Part shown: positions 11,909 to 22,349 of the stretch, in pieces
Layout: every line of letters starts with the position of its first letter
Numbering within the stretch: position 1 is the first letter of the stretch
Assembly: GCA_963692865.2 (NCBI GenBank)
Contig: OY843592.1
Coordinates: forward strand, 3,552,001-3,616,000
Source: a bacterium
GTDB lineage: Bacteria; UBA8248
Direction: 5' to 3'
Length of the DNA stretch: 64,000 nt
Position numbers and translations under genes: made by a program
Notes under the pieces: model-generated
Told to the model about the DNA's origin: nothing
Databases searched by the model: none
Seen by the model: the letters and a program-made list of their open reading frames with translations, nothing else

Positions 11909-12184
11909 TTAAATTCCCCGCCGCTTGGCCTCTTGCTCGTAATGCTTGTTGAAGAGTATCTCCCAGTCACGGCTTCCCTCGACCAACCTGCTGGAATACG
12001 TGCTCAAAACTCTCCGCACCTCTTCTTCAATCTCATCATCAATGATCAACTCATTGCTGATGGCGCGCAGAACGTTCATGCGCAACTCTTCGGGTTCGAC
12101 GAGAAAATCCACATCGTCGCACTCTTCCATGTCCTTGACGACCAAATTCGTCAGATGATTGATTTTCTCGCGGCTGAGCTTCAT
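11909..12184 (-). CDS. DUF507 family protein
   Basis: MKLSREKINHL... 91 aa, paralogous to its neighbour. Recognised from family pattern. Confidence 0.75.
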   Translation of the reverse strand: MKLSREKINHLTNLVVKDMEECDDVDFLVEPEELRMNVLRAISNELIIDDEIEEEVRRVLSTYSSRLVEGSRDWEILFNKHYEQEAKRRGI

Positions 12185-12234
12185 GGCCGCGTTCTCCTTG
12201 AAATGAATGGAAACCTAAAACCCTCGCCGCTCCG

Positions 12235-12516
12235 TCAAAGCACGAGATTTCGCTCGCGCGCCAGCTTCGTTTTCACCATCGTAAACATCCGGCTATAGTC
12301 CACGTTGCCCCTGTCCATTTCATCCTCGAAACCCCGCAGGATTTCCTTGACCTCGTCGTTGAGGCGGTCCTCCACCATCAAGTCCGCTTCGATGACGTGC
12401 GCAATTCGCGTCCTGAGCACCCCATGGTTCGAATCCTCGGATATCAATTCACGACGAATCAGCCTCTCGACGATCTTGTGGGCGATTCGCTCAATCATTT
12501 CTCTTTTCAATCTCAT
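12235..12516 (-). CDS. DUF507 family protein
   Basis: MRLKREMIERIA...EDRLNDEVKEIL...DYSRMFTMVKTKLARERNLVL. Confidence 0.8.
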   Translation of the reverse strand: MRLKREMIERIAHKIVERLIRRELISEDSNHGVLRTRIAHVIEADLMVEDRLNDEVKEILRGFEDEMDRGNVDYSRMFTMVKTKLARERNLVL

Positions 12517-13607
12517 ACCGGACCCTCTTCAACTATTTGCAAAGCCGTGTCTCCTTCCGGTCTTTTGCGGCGGCCCTTGCGGTACTTCTTCAAGGCGGCT
12601 TCCAGATCCTGAGCAAACGCATCGCGCAATTCCGCCGGAGCCACCAACTCCGCCTCCTGACCGAAAGACATCAACCATCGTCTGAAACCCCATATATCAC
12701 TTACCCGAACCATAACATCCCGGCTCGATTTGCCCGATTTTTTCAAATGCTCCACTTCGCCGAACGCTTCTTTCATAAAGGCGACGACCGCATGAAGCGC
12801 CACGTCCTTCCCGAATCGGACCCTCACATTCAAACCATTATTCATCGCTTCGCGCAAGCACTCGGCCAGCAAAACCTTCAAATCCAACCCCAGCGGCATC
12901 TGAAAGGCCCCGCCCATGATGCGAACGCTCTCTATCCCCTCCAGATGCCAGACGGCCAAAGCGCTTTTCTCGGATTCACGCGCCAGCAGATGATAGCTCC
13001 CGCCATCGAAATGCAGGAGATAGGGGTCTATCTTCCACCAGCGTTTTCGAATTTCGCCCGCACGGGCCGCCAGGATTCGGGCGGGCTTTGCTTTCTCTAT
13101 CGCCTCGAGCAGGACGCCGCCCACCCTGCGCTGCCGCCCGTGTTCTCTGAGCGACCCCACGACCCCGGCGTAGCGCGGCTCCACCCCCTCCGCGTATGCG
13201 CGCAAAGCCGCAGGGATGTAACTCCGCAACCGCTTGAAAACGCCGCCGATGCTGTCGCTGAACGATTCCTCCCTCAAGGGGCTGCTCGGCAAATCCCGCA
13301 ACATGCGCAGGGCGTAATACAAAGACGCCCACTGAGAAGGCGAAAACGGCTTCGGAACCGAATCCACATACTCTCGCAACAGACAATACCTCACCTTCCG
13401 GCCCGCGCGTACCCTTTCCAACGGGAACCCCGCGTTCATCAAATGCGAAATATCCCTTTGAAGCGTTCGCAAACTCCACGTCCGGCCGGCGCCTTCGGCG
13501 GGCTCCTCACGCAAGAGCGCAAGGAGTTCTTCATGAGACCAGCTTTCTCCGCTCTCCAAGGCCCTCAGCAGCCGCCAGCGGCGTATGAATTGATCCTGAA
13601 GCGCCAT
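12513..13607 (-). CDS. WYL-domain (HTH-WYL-WCX) transcriptional regulator
   Basis: N-terminal HTH (SLRTLQRDISHL..AGFPL), WYL-like IDPYLLHFDGGSYHL, WCX-like WLMSFGQEAELVAPAELR. Start MALQDQ. Confidence 0.8.
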   Translation of the reverse strand: MALQDQFIRRWRLLRALESGESWSHEELLALLREEPAEGAGRTWSLRTLQRDISHLMNAGFPLERVRAGRKVRYCLLREYVDSVPKPFSPSQWASLYYALRMLRDLPSSPLREESFSDSIGGVFKRLRSYIPAALRAYAEGVEPRYAGVVGSLREHGRQRRVGGVLLEAIEKAKPARILAARAGEIRKRWWKIDPYLLHFDGGSYHLLARESEKSALAVWHLEGIESVRIMGGAFQMPLGLDLKVLLAECLREAMNNGLNVRVRFGKDVALHAVVAFMKEAFGEVEHLKKSGKSSRDVMVRVSDIWGFRRWLMSFGQEAELVAPAELRDAFAQDLEAALKKYRKGRRKRPEGDTALQIVEEGPV

Positions 13608-13617
13608 AGGGCGTTCC

Positions 13618-14493
13618 TTATGTCGCCACCCGGCGAGTTTTCGCCCTCTTCGACAATTCGAGCAATGTACCCAAGGGCTGCGAAAACTTCCCCAACCTAT
13701 CCCGCTTGTGCGGGATGCCGTGGCAATCGGAACCTCCCACACATAAAAGCCCGTGTTCCTCGGCCACTTTCCGGTAATGACGTTGCGCATCCGCGTCTTG
13801 GGAGGGGTGTTCCACCTCGACGCCCGCAAGTCCCGCTTCCGCCAGGGCGGGGACGATGTCGTCACACTCGCTCAACAAGGGATGGGCCAGGGTGGCGGCT
13901 CCACCGGCGTCATGAATGAGTTCGATCGCATCGAAAGGAGAAAGTATATCCAGTTGCACGTAACCAGGCGCGCTTTCTCCTATGTATTTCTCAAAAACCT
14001 CCTCGCGCGATGCGGCGAACCCCTTCTTGAGCATGTATGCGCCCAACTGCCCCCGGGTGATGCTCGGGCTGTGCGCATAAGCGGCGAAAAAATCTTTTTT
14101 GTCCACTGCCAGGCCACAGTCCTTGAGCCGCTCGATGATTTCTCCCATCCGTTTTACTCTGGCCGATTCGTGCGTTTTGATTTGCGCCGCCAAGCGGGGC
14201 GCGTCCGGCCGGATGAAATGGCCGAGAAGGTGCACGCTCCGGCCAAGATGATCGCAAGTCAGTTCGATGCCCGGAACAAACTCCACCCCCAGCCTCTTCG
14301 CCTCCGCCTCCGCGCGGGACAAGCCTGCAACCGTGTCGTGATCCGTGAGTGATAAGATGCGAATCCCGGCGCGCTTCGCCCTCCGGGCGAGCTTTTCGGG
14401 AGGCTCCATCCCATCGGACATGTTCGAATGGGTGTGAAGCTCCACGACCCTCTCATCGAGAGAGAGGTCATTGAACTGAAAGAGGCGCGTCAT
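13618..14493 (-). CDS. PHP-domain metal-dependent phosphoesterase (TrpH/YciV-like)
   Basis: LHTHSNMSDG, LTDHDT, GIELT, VHLLG, LAHP, GGSDCHG. Confidence 0.9.
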   Translation of the reverse strand: MTRLFQFNDLSLDERVVELHTHSNMSDGMEPPEKLARRAKRAGIRILSLTDHDTVAGLSRAEAEAKRLGVEFVPGIELTCDHLGRSVHLLGHFIRPDAPRLAAQIKTHESARVKRMGEIIERLKDCGLAVDKKDFFAAYAHSPSITRGQLGAYMLKKGFAASREEVFEKYIGESAPGYVQLDILSPFDAIELIHDAGGAATLAHPLLSECDDIVPALAEAGLAGVEVEHPSQDADAQRHYRKVAEEHGLLCVGGSDCHGIPHKRDRLGKFSQPLGTLLELSKRAKTRRVAT

Positions 14494-14547
14494 GGATACG
14501 GATTCCTGGATACGGGGAAAACGCCGGCTTCCGCCCGGCTCGACGAT

Positions 14548-14622
<75 letters not shown>

Positions 14623-14702
14623 CTACATACGAACGATAGGGCCATGCCGCCGAAGGTGTCAAGGAAATGAAAGAGAAAATCATCCAATCGACGAACAACT
14701 CG

Positions 14703-15551
14703 TCACCGCGCCAGCGTCCACTCCCGGTTTTCGTATCGAACGCTGGATATCTCAAGCGCCCTTTTATTTTCGGCGCTCGACAACCCGCCCGGAGAAAAGC
14801 GAAAACCAAGCGCCTTCTCCAAACCCGCCTTCAAGGCGTCGGCCACCTCATCAAACGGGACTTCCTCGCCCAGCACCTCCCAAAGGCCAACAGCGTGCGC
14901 TTGGCGCGAGAGCAGGCGCTCGGCCCCTCTCGGTTTGAGGAGACTCGCGAGGCGATCCTCCGAGGAGCGAAGCAGGACGCTGCCATGCTGTAAAACGGCG
15001 CCGCCCTCGCGGCATTGCGCGCTGCCCACCATCTTTTTGCCGCCAATCGCAAGCTCCCACACCGAAGCCGTGGCGAAACAGGAACCTTGCGAGGCGTACG
15101 CGCTTCCGCTCGGGGGAGCCAGTTCGACCCGCGCGCCCAGGGCCGCCAGACCTTCGGCAAGACCCAGGCTGATTCTGCGGTAGGTCTCCTCGATTGCATC
15201 GCCCAGCAGCGCCTGCGGGCCGGTGACGGAATACGTCAATTCGCAATCGTGGAGCACCGCGCGCCCGCCGGTGAGTCTCCGGCACAGGTCGATTCCCTCA
15301 TCTTCAAGCCGTTCCAGGAAAATATCGCGCTCGGCGGCTTGGCCGCGTCCCAGGGAAATGGCCGGAGGCGACCAGGCGTAAACACGGAACGTCGGGGGCG
15401 CCTCATGAGGAGCGCGGCCTTCTCTCAGATGCGCCCGGCAATTCTCGAACAACAACTCGTCCACCGCCATGTTCCAGGCGGCGGAAGCCTCGCCCGTGTT
15501 CAGGAAGCGCGCAAGGGGGGCGTCTTTCGGCAGAATATTCGGGGGATCCAT
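14703..15551 (-). CDS. Lipoate-protein ligase / octanoyltransferase (LplA/LipM family)
   Basis: NMAVDE, RRLTGGRAVLH, KMVGSAQ, LQHGS. Follows gcvTHP. Confidence 0.88.
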   Translation of the reverse strand: MDPPNILPKDAPLARFLNTGEASAAWNMAVDELLFENCRAHLREGRAPHEAPPTFRVYAWSPPAISLGRGQAAERDIFLERLEDEGIDLCRRLTGGRAVLHDCELTYSVTGPQALLGDAIEETYRRISLGLAEGLAALGARVELAPPSGSAYASQGSCFATASVWELAIGGKKMVGSAQCREGGAVLQHGSVLLRSSEDRLASLLKPRGAERLLSRQAHAVGLWEVLGEEVPFDEVADALKAGLEKALGFRFSPGGLSSAENKRALEISSVRYENREWTLAR

Positions 15552-15553
15552 TC

Positions 15554-18442
15554 TCAGGCGTAGTTCTCAACAGGCAAACAAGAGCAGACCAGATTCCTGT
15601 CTCCATAGGGGTTGTTCACCCGCTTGACGGGCGGCCAGTACTTCGCCGCGCGCACCCAGGGAAGCGGGAAAACGGCCTTCTCGCGCGAATAGGGGTGGGT
15701 CCACTCATCGGCTGCGATGTCGGACGCCGTGTGGGGCGCGTTCTTGAGCGCGTTGTCCTCCGCGCTCATCAGCCCGTCCGCGATCTCCTGGATATCGCGC
15801 CGGATGTTGATCATGGCGTCGCAGAAGCGATCCAGTTCTTCACGCGATTCGCTCTCCGTCGGCTCTATCATCAAGGTTCCCGCCACCGGGAAGGACATCG
15901 TCGGCGCATGGAAGCCATAGTCCATCAGGCGCTTCGCAATATCCTCGTTCGTCACGCCCGAGGCTTCCTCGAGGGGCCTGACGTCGATGATGCACTCATG
16001 CGCCACCATGCCGTTCGCCCCCTTGTATAGAACCTCATAGTGGGGCTCCAGCCTCCTGGCCACGTAGTTCGCGTTCAGAATGGCCACCTGCGTCGCCTTG
16101 ACGAGTCCCTCGCCGCCCATCATGGCGATATACATCCAGGAGATGGGCAAAATCCCCGCGCTTCCCCAGGGAGCCGCGGAAATCGCGTCGACGCCCGTCT
16201 CCGGGCCGACGCCCGATACCACCGAATGCTTTGGCCGATAAGGGGATAAATGCTTCACGACGCCGATGGGGCCCATGCCGGGTCCGCCGCCGCCGTGGGG
16301 GATGCAGAACGTCTTGTGGAGGTTCATGTGGGAGACGTCGGGCCCGAATTCGCCGGGCTTGCAGATGCCGACCAGCGCATTCAGGTTCGCGCCGTCCATG
16401 TACACCTGCCCGCCGTTTTGGTGGATGACCTCGCAAATCTCCACGATGCCCTCTTCAAACACGCCGTGCGTCGAGGGATAGGTGATCATCAGCGCGGCCA
16501 GTTTTTCCGAAAATTTCTCGGCCTTCTCCCTCAGATCGGCAATGTCCACGTTTCCGTTCGAGTCGCAATCCACGACCACCACCTCGAAGCCGGCCATGAC
16601 GGCGGTCGCGGGATTCGTTCCGTGGGCCGAACTCGGAATCAGGCAGATGTTCCGGTAGCCCTCGTTCTTGCTCTCGTGGTATTTGCGGATGACCAGCAGG
16701 CCCGCGTATTCACCCTGAGCACCCGAGTTGGGCTGCATGGAAATGGAATCGAACCCCGTGCACTCGGCCAGCATGTTCTCCAGATCGTCAATGAAATCGC
16801 GGTATCCCCGCACCTGCTCCTCCGGCGCGAAGGGGTGCACGCCGCCGAATTCCGCCCAAGTAACGGGAATCATCTCCGTGGTGGCGTTCAGCTTCATGGT
16901 GCACGAACCAAGCGGAATCATCGAGCGCGTGAGCGCGATGTCTTTTTCCTGGAGACGATAGATGTAGCGCAGCATCTCGTGTTCCGCGTGGCAGGAATTG
17001 AAAACGGGATGCGTCATGTAGGGCGAGGTTCGTCTCAAGGACTCCGGAATCCTCTCCGCCGCATTCGCCTCGACTTCATCGAATGATATTCCGGCGGAAC
17101 CCTCTTGTGAGAAAACCTCCCAGAGCGCTTCTACCTCTTCTCTCCCGGTGGTCTCATCCAGGGCGATTCCGACGGTATCTTCATCGAGCGCTCTCAAGTT
17201 CATCCGCCGCGCCGCCGCATTCTCGACGATGCGGGCCGCGCCGCCCGCGCCCACGCGCACCGCCACGGTGTCGAAAAATGAATCCGCCGCCAGAGCGTAG
17301 CCCATGCGCTCCAGGCCGCCTGCCAGCGTACAGGCCAGGCGGTGCGTTCTCCGGGCGATCCTCTCGACGCCGCCGGGGCCGTGGTAGACGCCGTACATGC
17401 TCGCGATGACGGCCAGAAGCACCTGGGCCGTGCAGATGTTGCTCGTGGCGCGCTCGCGGCGTATGTGCTGCTCTCTGGTCTGCAAGGATAATCTCAGCGC
17501 GGGATTCTCGTCCGCGTCGATGGATACGCCGACGATGCGGCCCGGCATGGCGCGTTTGAACTGCTCCTTCGTGGCCAGATAGGCCGCGTGCGGCCCGCCG
17601 AAGCCGAGGGGAACGCCGAAGCGCTGCGAGTTACCCACGACGACGTCCGCCCCGAACTCGCCGGGTGGGGTCAGGAGCGCGAGAGCGAGAATGTCCGCCG
17701 CGACGACGACCAGGGCGTCGGTCTCATGCGCTTTCTCCGCAAAATCGGCGTAATCGAATATCTCCCCGTCCGTTGCGGGATACTGGAGCAAGACGCCGAA
17801 TACGTCCTCCTCCAGCGCGCCGTCCCGGTGATCGCCCACCACGACTTCGATGTCCTGCGGCTCCGCTCTCGTGCGCACCACTTCGATGGTCTGGGGGTGG
17901 CAGTCCTTCGAGACGAAGAACTTGCGCCCCTTGTTCTTGCTCACGTTCATCACCATGGTCATCGCCTCGGCGGCGGCCGTGCCCTCGTCCAGCAACGAGG
18001 CGTTGGCTATCTCCATGCCGGTGAGGTCCATGATCATGGTCTGGAAATTGAGCAGCGCCTCCATGCGGCCTTGGGAGATTTCCGGCTGATAGGGCGTGTA
18101 CGCCGTGTACCATCCCGGATTCTCCAGAATGTTGCGCAGAATGACCGTCGGCGTGTGGCAATCCGAATACCCCATGCCGAGCATGGACTTGAAAACCTGG
18201 TTTCGGGCCGCGAAAGAACCCAAATCGGCCAGAGCCTGCTGTTCTGTTCTGGGCGCGGCGAGATTCAGCTTCGTAGTAGCGATGATGGATGAAGGGATGG
18301 CTTCTTCGACCAGACCGTCGAGGGAGTCCAGGTCGAGCGCTTCGAGCATCGACGCGATGTCTTCATCGCTCGGCGCGATGTGGCGATGAATAAACTCTCC
18401 GCGATTCTCGAGTTCTTCGAGAGACAAGCGAGATTCCGTCAT
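15554..18442 (-). CDS. gcvP: Glycine dehydrogenase (decarboxylating), single-chain P protein
   Basis: [42 protein letters not shown]. 962 aa. Confidence 0.98.
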   Translation of the reverse strand: MTESRLSLEELENRGEFIHRHIAPSDEDIASMLEALDLDSLDGLVEEAIPSSIIATTKLNLAAPRTEQQALADLGSFAARNQVFKSMLGMGYSDCHTPTVILRNILENPGWYTAYTPYQPEISQGRMEALLNFQTMIMDLTGMEIANASLLDEGTAAAEAMTMVMNVSKNKGRKFFVSKDCHPQTIEVVRTRAEPQDIEVVVGDHRDGALEEDVFGVLLQYPATDGEIFDYADFAEKAHETDALVVVAADILALALLTPPGEFGADVVVGNSQRFGVPLGFGGPHAAYLATKEQFKRAMPGRIVGVSIDADENPALRLSLQTREQHIRRERATSNICTAQVLLAVIASMYGVYHGPGGVERIARRTHRLACTLAGGLERMGYALAADSFFDTVAVRVGAGGAARIVENAAARRMNLRALDEDTVGIALDETTGREEVEALWEVFSQEGSAGISFDEVEANAAERIPESLRRTSPYMTHPVFNSCHAEHEMLRYIYRLQEKDIALTRSMIPLGSCTMKLNATTEMIPVTWAEFGGVHPFAPEEQVRGYRDFIDDLENMLAECTGFDSISMQPNSGAQGEYAGLLVIRKYHESKNEGYRNICLIPSSAHGTNPATAVMAGFEVVVVDCDSNGNVDIADLREKAEKFSEKLAALMITYPSTHGVFEEGIVEICEVIHQNGGQVYMDGANLNALVGICKPGEFGPDVSHMNLHKTFCIPHGGGGPGMGPIGVVKHLSPYRPKHSVVSGVGPETGVDAISAAPWGSAGILPISWMYIAMMGGEGLVKATQVAILNANYVARRLEPHYEVLYKGANGMVAHECIIDVRPLEEASGVTNEDIAKRLMDYGFHAPTMSFPVAGTLMIEPTESESREELDRFCDAMINIRRDIQEIADGLMSAEDNALKNAPHTASDIAADEWTHPYSREKAVFPLPWVRAAKYWPPVKRVNNPYGDRNLVCSCLPVENYA

Positions 18443-18531
18443 GAATGCGCCCCTTCGGGTTATGGGGATTCAGGCGGACGCGTCATTTCCGCTCCGGCTC
18501 CCGGCGGAAGAAAATCCCCGCCGCCGCGAAG

Positions 18532-18550
18532 AAAAAAGCCCGTTCAGGCT
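18532..18550 (-). terminator. Short hairpin plus U6 directly after gcvH
   Basis: Minus strand AGCCT-GAAC-GGGCT-TTTTT. Confidence 0.4.
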
Positions 18551-18938
18551 AACCGCTTTCCTCCTCGGTGTACGCCCGGTACGAATCCGCTTCCAGGAGA
18601 TCGTTCAACTCCGACTCGTCCTTCATCTCCACGCGAATCATCCAGCCGTCTTCATACGGCTCCGAATTCACGAGTTCGGGCTGATCCTCGAGCGTGGTGT
18701 TCGCCTCGACGACGACGCCGGAGACCGGCGCGAAGAGGTCCGAAACCGCCTTGACGCTCTCCACAACGCCGAACGTGTTATTCGCTTCCACCTCCGCGCC
18801 GGCTTCGGGCAGTTCGACGTAGACCACGTCCCCGAGTTCTGATTGGGCGAAGTCCGTAATCCCAATGACCGCGATGTTTCCCTCTACTCTCACCCACTCG
18901 TGCTCTCTGGAATATTTGAGGCCGCTCGGTAGTTCCAT
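18549..18938 (-). CDS. gcvH: Glycine cleavage system H protein
   Basis: [29 protein letters not shown] (lipoyl Lys). Confidence 0.97.
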   Translation of the reverse strand: MELPSGLKYSREHEWVRVEGNIAVIGITDFAQSELGDVVYVELPEAGAEVEANNTFGVVESVKAVSDLFAPVSGVVVEANTTLEDQPELVNSEPYEDGWMIRVEMKDESELNDLLEADSYRAYTEEESG

Positions 18939-19010
18939 GCTCCTGAATGCCTCCCTCTTGGATGACGGCGGTTTCTTATGATTTGTTATGAGAAAGCGGA
19001 ATTCAATCCG

Positions 19011-20120
19011 CTAGCTTTTCCTGTAAAAAGGCGTCTTCACAATCCGCGCCCTTCTGGCCTTGCCGCGAATGTCGATTTCGAGAGCGGCGCCCTCGTCCGC
19101 GTTCGACGCAGGAACGTAGCCTATCCCGATGGCTTTGCCAAGAGAGGGGCTCATCGTCCCGCTCGTCACCTCGCCCGCCGCCTCGCCGTCGATCAGTACA
19201 GGCGCTCCATGACGAGGAATACCACGATCAACCATCTCGAATCCAACCAGTTTTCTCTTTACCCCCTCGGCCTTGAGGGCGAGCAGTCTATCCCGGCCGA
19301 TGAAATCCCCCGCCTTGTACTTCACCACCCAGCCCAGGCCCGCTTCGAGCGGATGTGTGGACTCGTCGATGTCGTTTCCATACAGGGCGTATTTCATCTC
19401 GGTGCGCAAGGTGTCCCGCGCGCCGAGGCCGCATGGCTTGAGCCCTTCGCCCCCGCCCTCGCTCATCAGCGCATCCCAGAGCGCGGGCGCATCGGCCGAT
19501 TTGCAATAGAGTTCGAAGCCGTCCTCTCCCGTATAGCCCGTGCGGGAGACCAGCACCTCACACCCCGCCACGTCTTTATACTGCGCCCCGTAATAGGGGA
19601 CGGCGGCGAGGTCTCCTCCCCCCGGAACCAGTTTCGAGAGGACGGTTTCCGCCTTGGGGCCCTGGAGGGCGAGCAGGCCCGTCCCCTCACTCACGTTTTC
19701 GAACGCACAATCCTCGGTGCGATGGGAAGCCATCCACTCCCAGTCCTTCTCAATGTTCGCCGCGTTCACGACGGCCATGTAGCGCTCCTCACCGAGACGG
19801 TAGACCGTGAGGTCGTCCACGATACCGCCCGCCTCCCGGCACATGGCCGCATAGAGAACGCCGCCCACATCAAGCCTGCGGACGTTGTTCGTCACCAACT
19901 TGTGGATGAAGGCGCCCGCCTCTCGCCCACGCGCCTCGAACTCGCCCATGTGGCTCACGTCGAACAGACCGGCCGCTTCGCGAACCGCATGGTGCTCGTC
20001 GATGACGCCCGTATACTGGACGGGCATCTCATAGCCCGCGAAGGGAACCATCTTCGCGCCCGCGGCCTTGTGGGTTTCATACAGGGAGGTTCTTCGCAAC
20101 TCCTGGTCGGCATTCGTCAT
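19011..20120 (-). CDS. gcvT: Glycine cleavage aminomethyltransferase T
   Basis: FAGYEMPVQY, FDVSHMG, RTGYTGEDGFE, GLGARDTLRTE. Start MTNADQ. Confidence 0.97.
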   Translation of the reverse strand: MTNADQELRRTSLYETHKAAGAKMVPFAGYEMPVQYTGVIDEHHAVREAAGLFDVSHMGEFEARGREAGAFIHKLVTNNVRRLDVGGVLYAAMCREAGGIVDDLTVYRLGEERYMAVVNAANIEKDWEWMASHRTEDCAFENVSEGTGLLALQGPKAETVLSKLVPGGGDLAAVPYYGAQYKDVAGCEVLVSRTGYTGEDGFELYCKSADAPALWDALMSEGGGEGLKPCGLGARDTLRTEMKYALYGNDIDESTHPLEAGLGWVVKYKAGDFIGRDRLLALKAEGVKRKLVGFEMVDRGIPRHGAPVLIDGEAAGEVTSGTMSPSLGKAIGIGYVPASNADEGAALEIDIRGKARRARIVKTPFYRKS

Positions 20121-20283
20121 GGCAACCTCGCTTAGCGGCTGAACTGACTGCCCTCCATGAGCCTTACCGCGTATCGAAACGAATTTCAAGAGGATTCATG
20201 CCAGTTGATTTCGAGAACAATCAGGAGCCGGCGCGAGATACCTTGCAAAATATTGAATTTCAAAGACCTGCGATGATCTCCGC

Positions 20284-21435
20284 CTACGCGAACGCGCGGA
20301 TTCCGGTTTCATAACCGGCGATGATGAGCTTCTGGATCTGGCTGGTTCCCTCGTAAATGGTCGCCACGCGGGCGTCTCGCATGTAGCGCTCCACGGGATA
20401 CTCGTTGCTGTAGCCCATGCCGCCGTGAATCTGTATGGCGTCGTTCGCGCAGCGAAGGGCCGCCTCGGTGCAGTAGTATTTGGCGATGGAAGTTTCGCGC
20501 GTGTTCGGTCGCCCTGCGTTCTTGAGTTCGCCCGCGCGGTAGAGCAGGAGCCTGCTCGCGTCGATGTCGACCACCATGCGGGCGATCATGTCCTGTACGA
20601 GCTGGTGCGCCGCGATGGGCTTGCCGAACGTGTGGCGCTCTTTCGCGTAGGCGACCGACGCTTCCAGCGAACCCTGCGCAATTCCCAGACAACCCGCCCC
20701 TACCGAATAGCGCCCGTTGTCCAGCGCGCTCATCGCGATCTTGAAGCCGTCGCCCACCTCTCCGAGAAGAGCGTCGCCGGGCGCCTCCACGTCCGCCAGG
20801 AAAAGCTCCGCCGTGTTGGAGCTCCTGAGTCCCAGCTTTCCGTGCATCGTCCGCGCCTCGAAGCCGGGCGAATCGGTTTCCACCAGAAAGGCGGCCATCT
20901 TCCGGGGGTTCTCGCGATCGGTCTGCGCGATTACGAGCGCCAGTTGCGCGACGCCCCCGTTGCTGATCCATATCTTCTGGCCGTTCAGCCTCCAGCCGCC
21001 GGCTGTCTTCTCCGCAAAGGTCTTCAGGTGCTGGGCGTCCGAGCCCACGTCCGGCTCCGTGAGGCCGAAGCACCCGATCCACTCCGCCGCACATAATTTC
21101 GGCAGATACTTTCTCTTCTGCGCCTCGCTCCCCCACTTCAGGATCGTGGTGGCGACGAGAGAGAGCTGCACCGACAAGACGGTGCGCACCGAACTGCACG
21201 CCTTGCTTATCTCCTCGTTCATGATGGCGTAGGAGATGTAGTCGAGACCCGCGCCGCCGTACTCCTCGGGAATCGGTCCGCCGAACATGCCCAACTCGCC
21301 CATCTCGGCGACGATGTCCGTAGGGTACCTCTCCTTCTCGTCGTTCTCCCGCGCCACGGGGACGATTCGACTCCGGGCGAACTCCGCCGCCGTCTCCTTG
21401 ATCAGCCGCTGGGTCTCGTTGAGTTCAAAATCCAC
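20284..21435 (-). CDS. Acyl-CoA dehydrogenase
   Basis: FGLTEPDVGSD, GQKIWISNG, QIHGGMGY, IYEGTSQIQ. Confidence 0.95.
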   Translation of the reverse strand: MDFELNETQRLIKETAAEFARSRIVPVARENDEKERYPTDIVAEMGELGMFGGPIPEEYGGAGLDYISYAIMNEEISKACSSVRTVLSVQLSLVATTILKWGSEAQKRKYLPKLCAAEWIGCFGLTEPDVGSDAQHLKTFAEKTAGGWRLNGQKIWISNGGVAQLALVIAQTDRENPRKMAAFLVETDSPGFEARTMHGKLGLRSSNTAELFLADVEAPGDALLGEVGDGFKIAMSALDNGRYSVGAGCLGIAQGSLEASVAYAKERHTFGKPIAAHQLVQDMIARMVVDIDASRLLLYRAGELKNAGRPNTRETSIAKYYCTEAALRCANDAIQIHGGMGYSNEYPVERYMRDARVATIYEGTSQIQKLIIAGYETGIRAFA

Positions 21436-21456
21436 GGTCGTCTCGGGATGTAAGGC

Positions 21457-22311
21457 TTACTCGTAGGTGAAAAAGCCGCGGCCGGACTTTCGGCCCAGGT
21501 GGCCCGCCTTGACCATCTTGCGCAGCAGGAAGTTGGGCCGGTAGCGCGTATCGCCCAGTTCGCGGTAGAGCGTCTCCGTCTTGGCGAGGTGGATGTCGAC
21601 GCCGATCAGGTCGATGAGCTCGAGCGGCCCCATGGGCAACCCTGCGCCCATCTTCATCGCCTTGTCGATGTCCTCGGCGGATGCGAGACCGCCCGCGTAG
21701 ACCTCCACCGCCTCGTTCAGCATACCCGCGAGTACGCGGCTGCCGATGCCCGCCGGGCTGTCGAAATTCGCCGTCACGGGCGTCTTGCCGAGCCGCTCGG
21801 CCAGGGCGCGGGCGGCCTCCACCGTCTCCTTGGAGGTGCCGAGGCCCGGCATGATCTCGACGAGCTTCATCACCAGCGGTGGGTTAAAAAAATGAACGCC
21901 CACCACCTTCTCGGGCCTGGAAGTCGCCGCCGCCATCTCGGTGATGGAGAGCGAGGTGGTGTTCGACGCGAAAATCGCGCGCTCGGGCGCCGCTTCATCC
22001 AGCGCGCCGAGCACCTCTTTCTTGATTTCCATGTCCTCGAAAACGGCCTCGACGACGACGTCCACGTCCGCCGCCTTCGCGTAGCCCGTCGCAGGCGTGA
22101 TGCGCGAGAAGATGGCGTCTTTATCCTCCGCGCTCATCTTTCCCTGATCGACGCGCTTCGCCGCGCGCGCTTCGAGACCCCCGATTGCCTTCGCCACCAT
22201 CTCTTCATTCAGGTCGGTCAGGACGACCGGAACCCCGTTTTGCGCGAAAAGCTGGGCGACCCCCGCGCCCATCGTTCCTGCGCCCACCACCATTGCCTTT
22301 TCTATTTCCAT
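21457..22311 (-). CDS. 3-hydroxyacyl-CoA (3-hydroxybutyryl-CoA) dehydrogenase
   Basis: GAGTMGAG, EAVFE, SNTTSL, HFFNPP, PMGPLEL. Confidence 0.93.
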   Translation of the reverse strand: MEIEKAMVVGAGTMGAGVAQLFAQNGVPVVLTDLNEEMVAKAIGGLEARAAKRVDQGKMSAEDKDAIFSRITPATGYAKAADVDVVVEAVFEDMEIKKEVLGALDEAAPERAIFASNTTSLSITEMAAATSRPEKVVGVHFFNPPLVMKLVEIMPGLGTSKETVEAARALAERLGKTPVTANFDSPAGIGSRVLAGMLNEAVEVYAGGLASAEDIDKAMKMGAGLPMGPLELIDLIGVDIHLAKTETLYRELGDTRYRPNFLLRKMVKAGHLGRKSGRGFFTYE

Positions 22312-22349
22312 CTCACCCTCTTGCGTTCTTGAATCTTCAAATCATGCTC

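Noticed and set aside
12537-13919. Long antisense ORFs (also 7378-8679, 22185-23501, 48962-50326)
   Set aside because: Typical stop-poor shadow frames of high-GC coding genes on the opposite strand.
20121-20283. Glycine riboswitch upstream of gcvT
   Set aside because: No GGAGA...CCGAAG...CTCTCAGG aptamer pattern seen on the minus strand.
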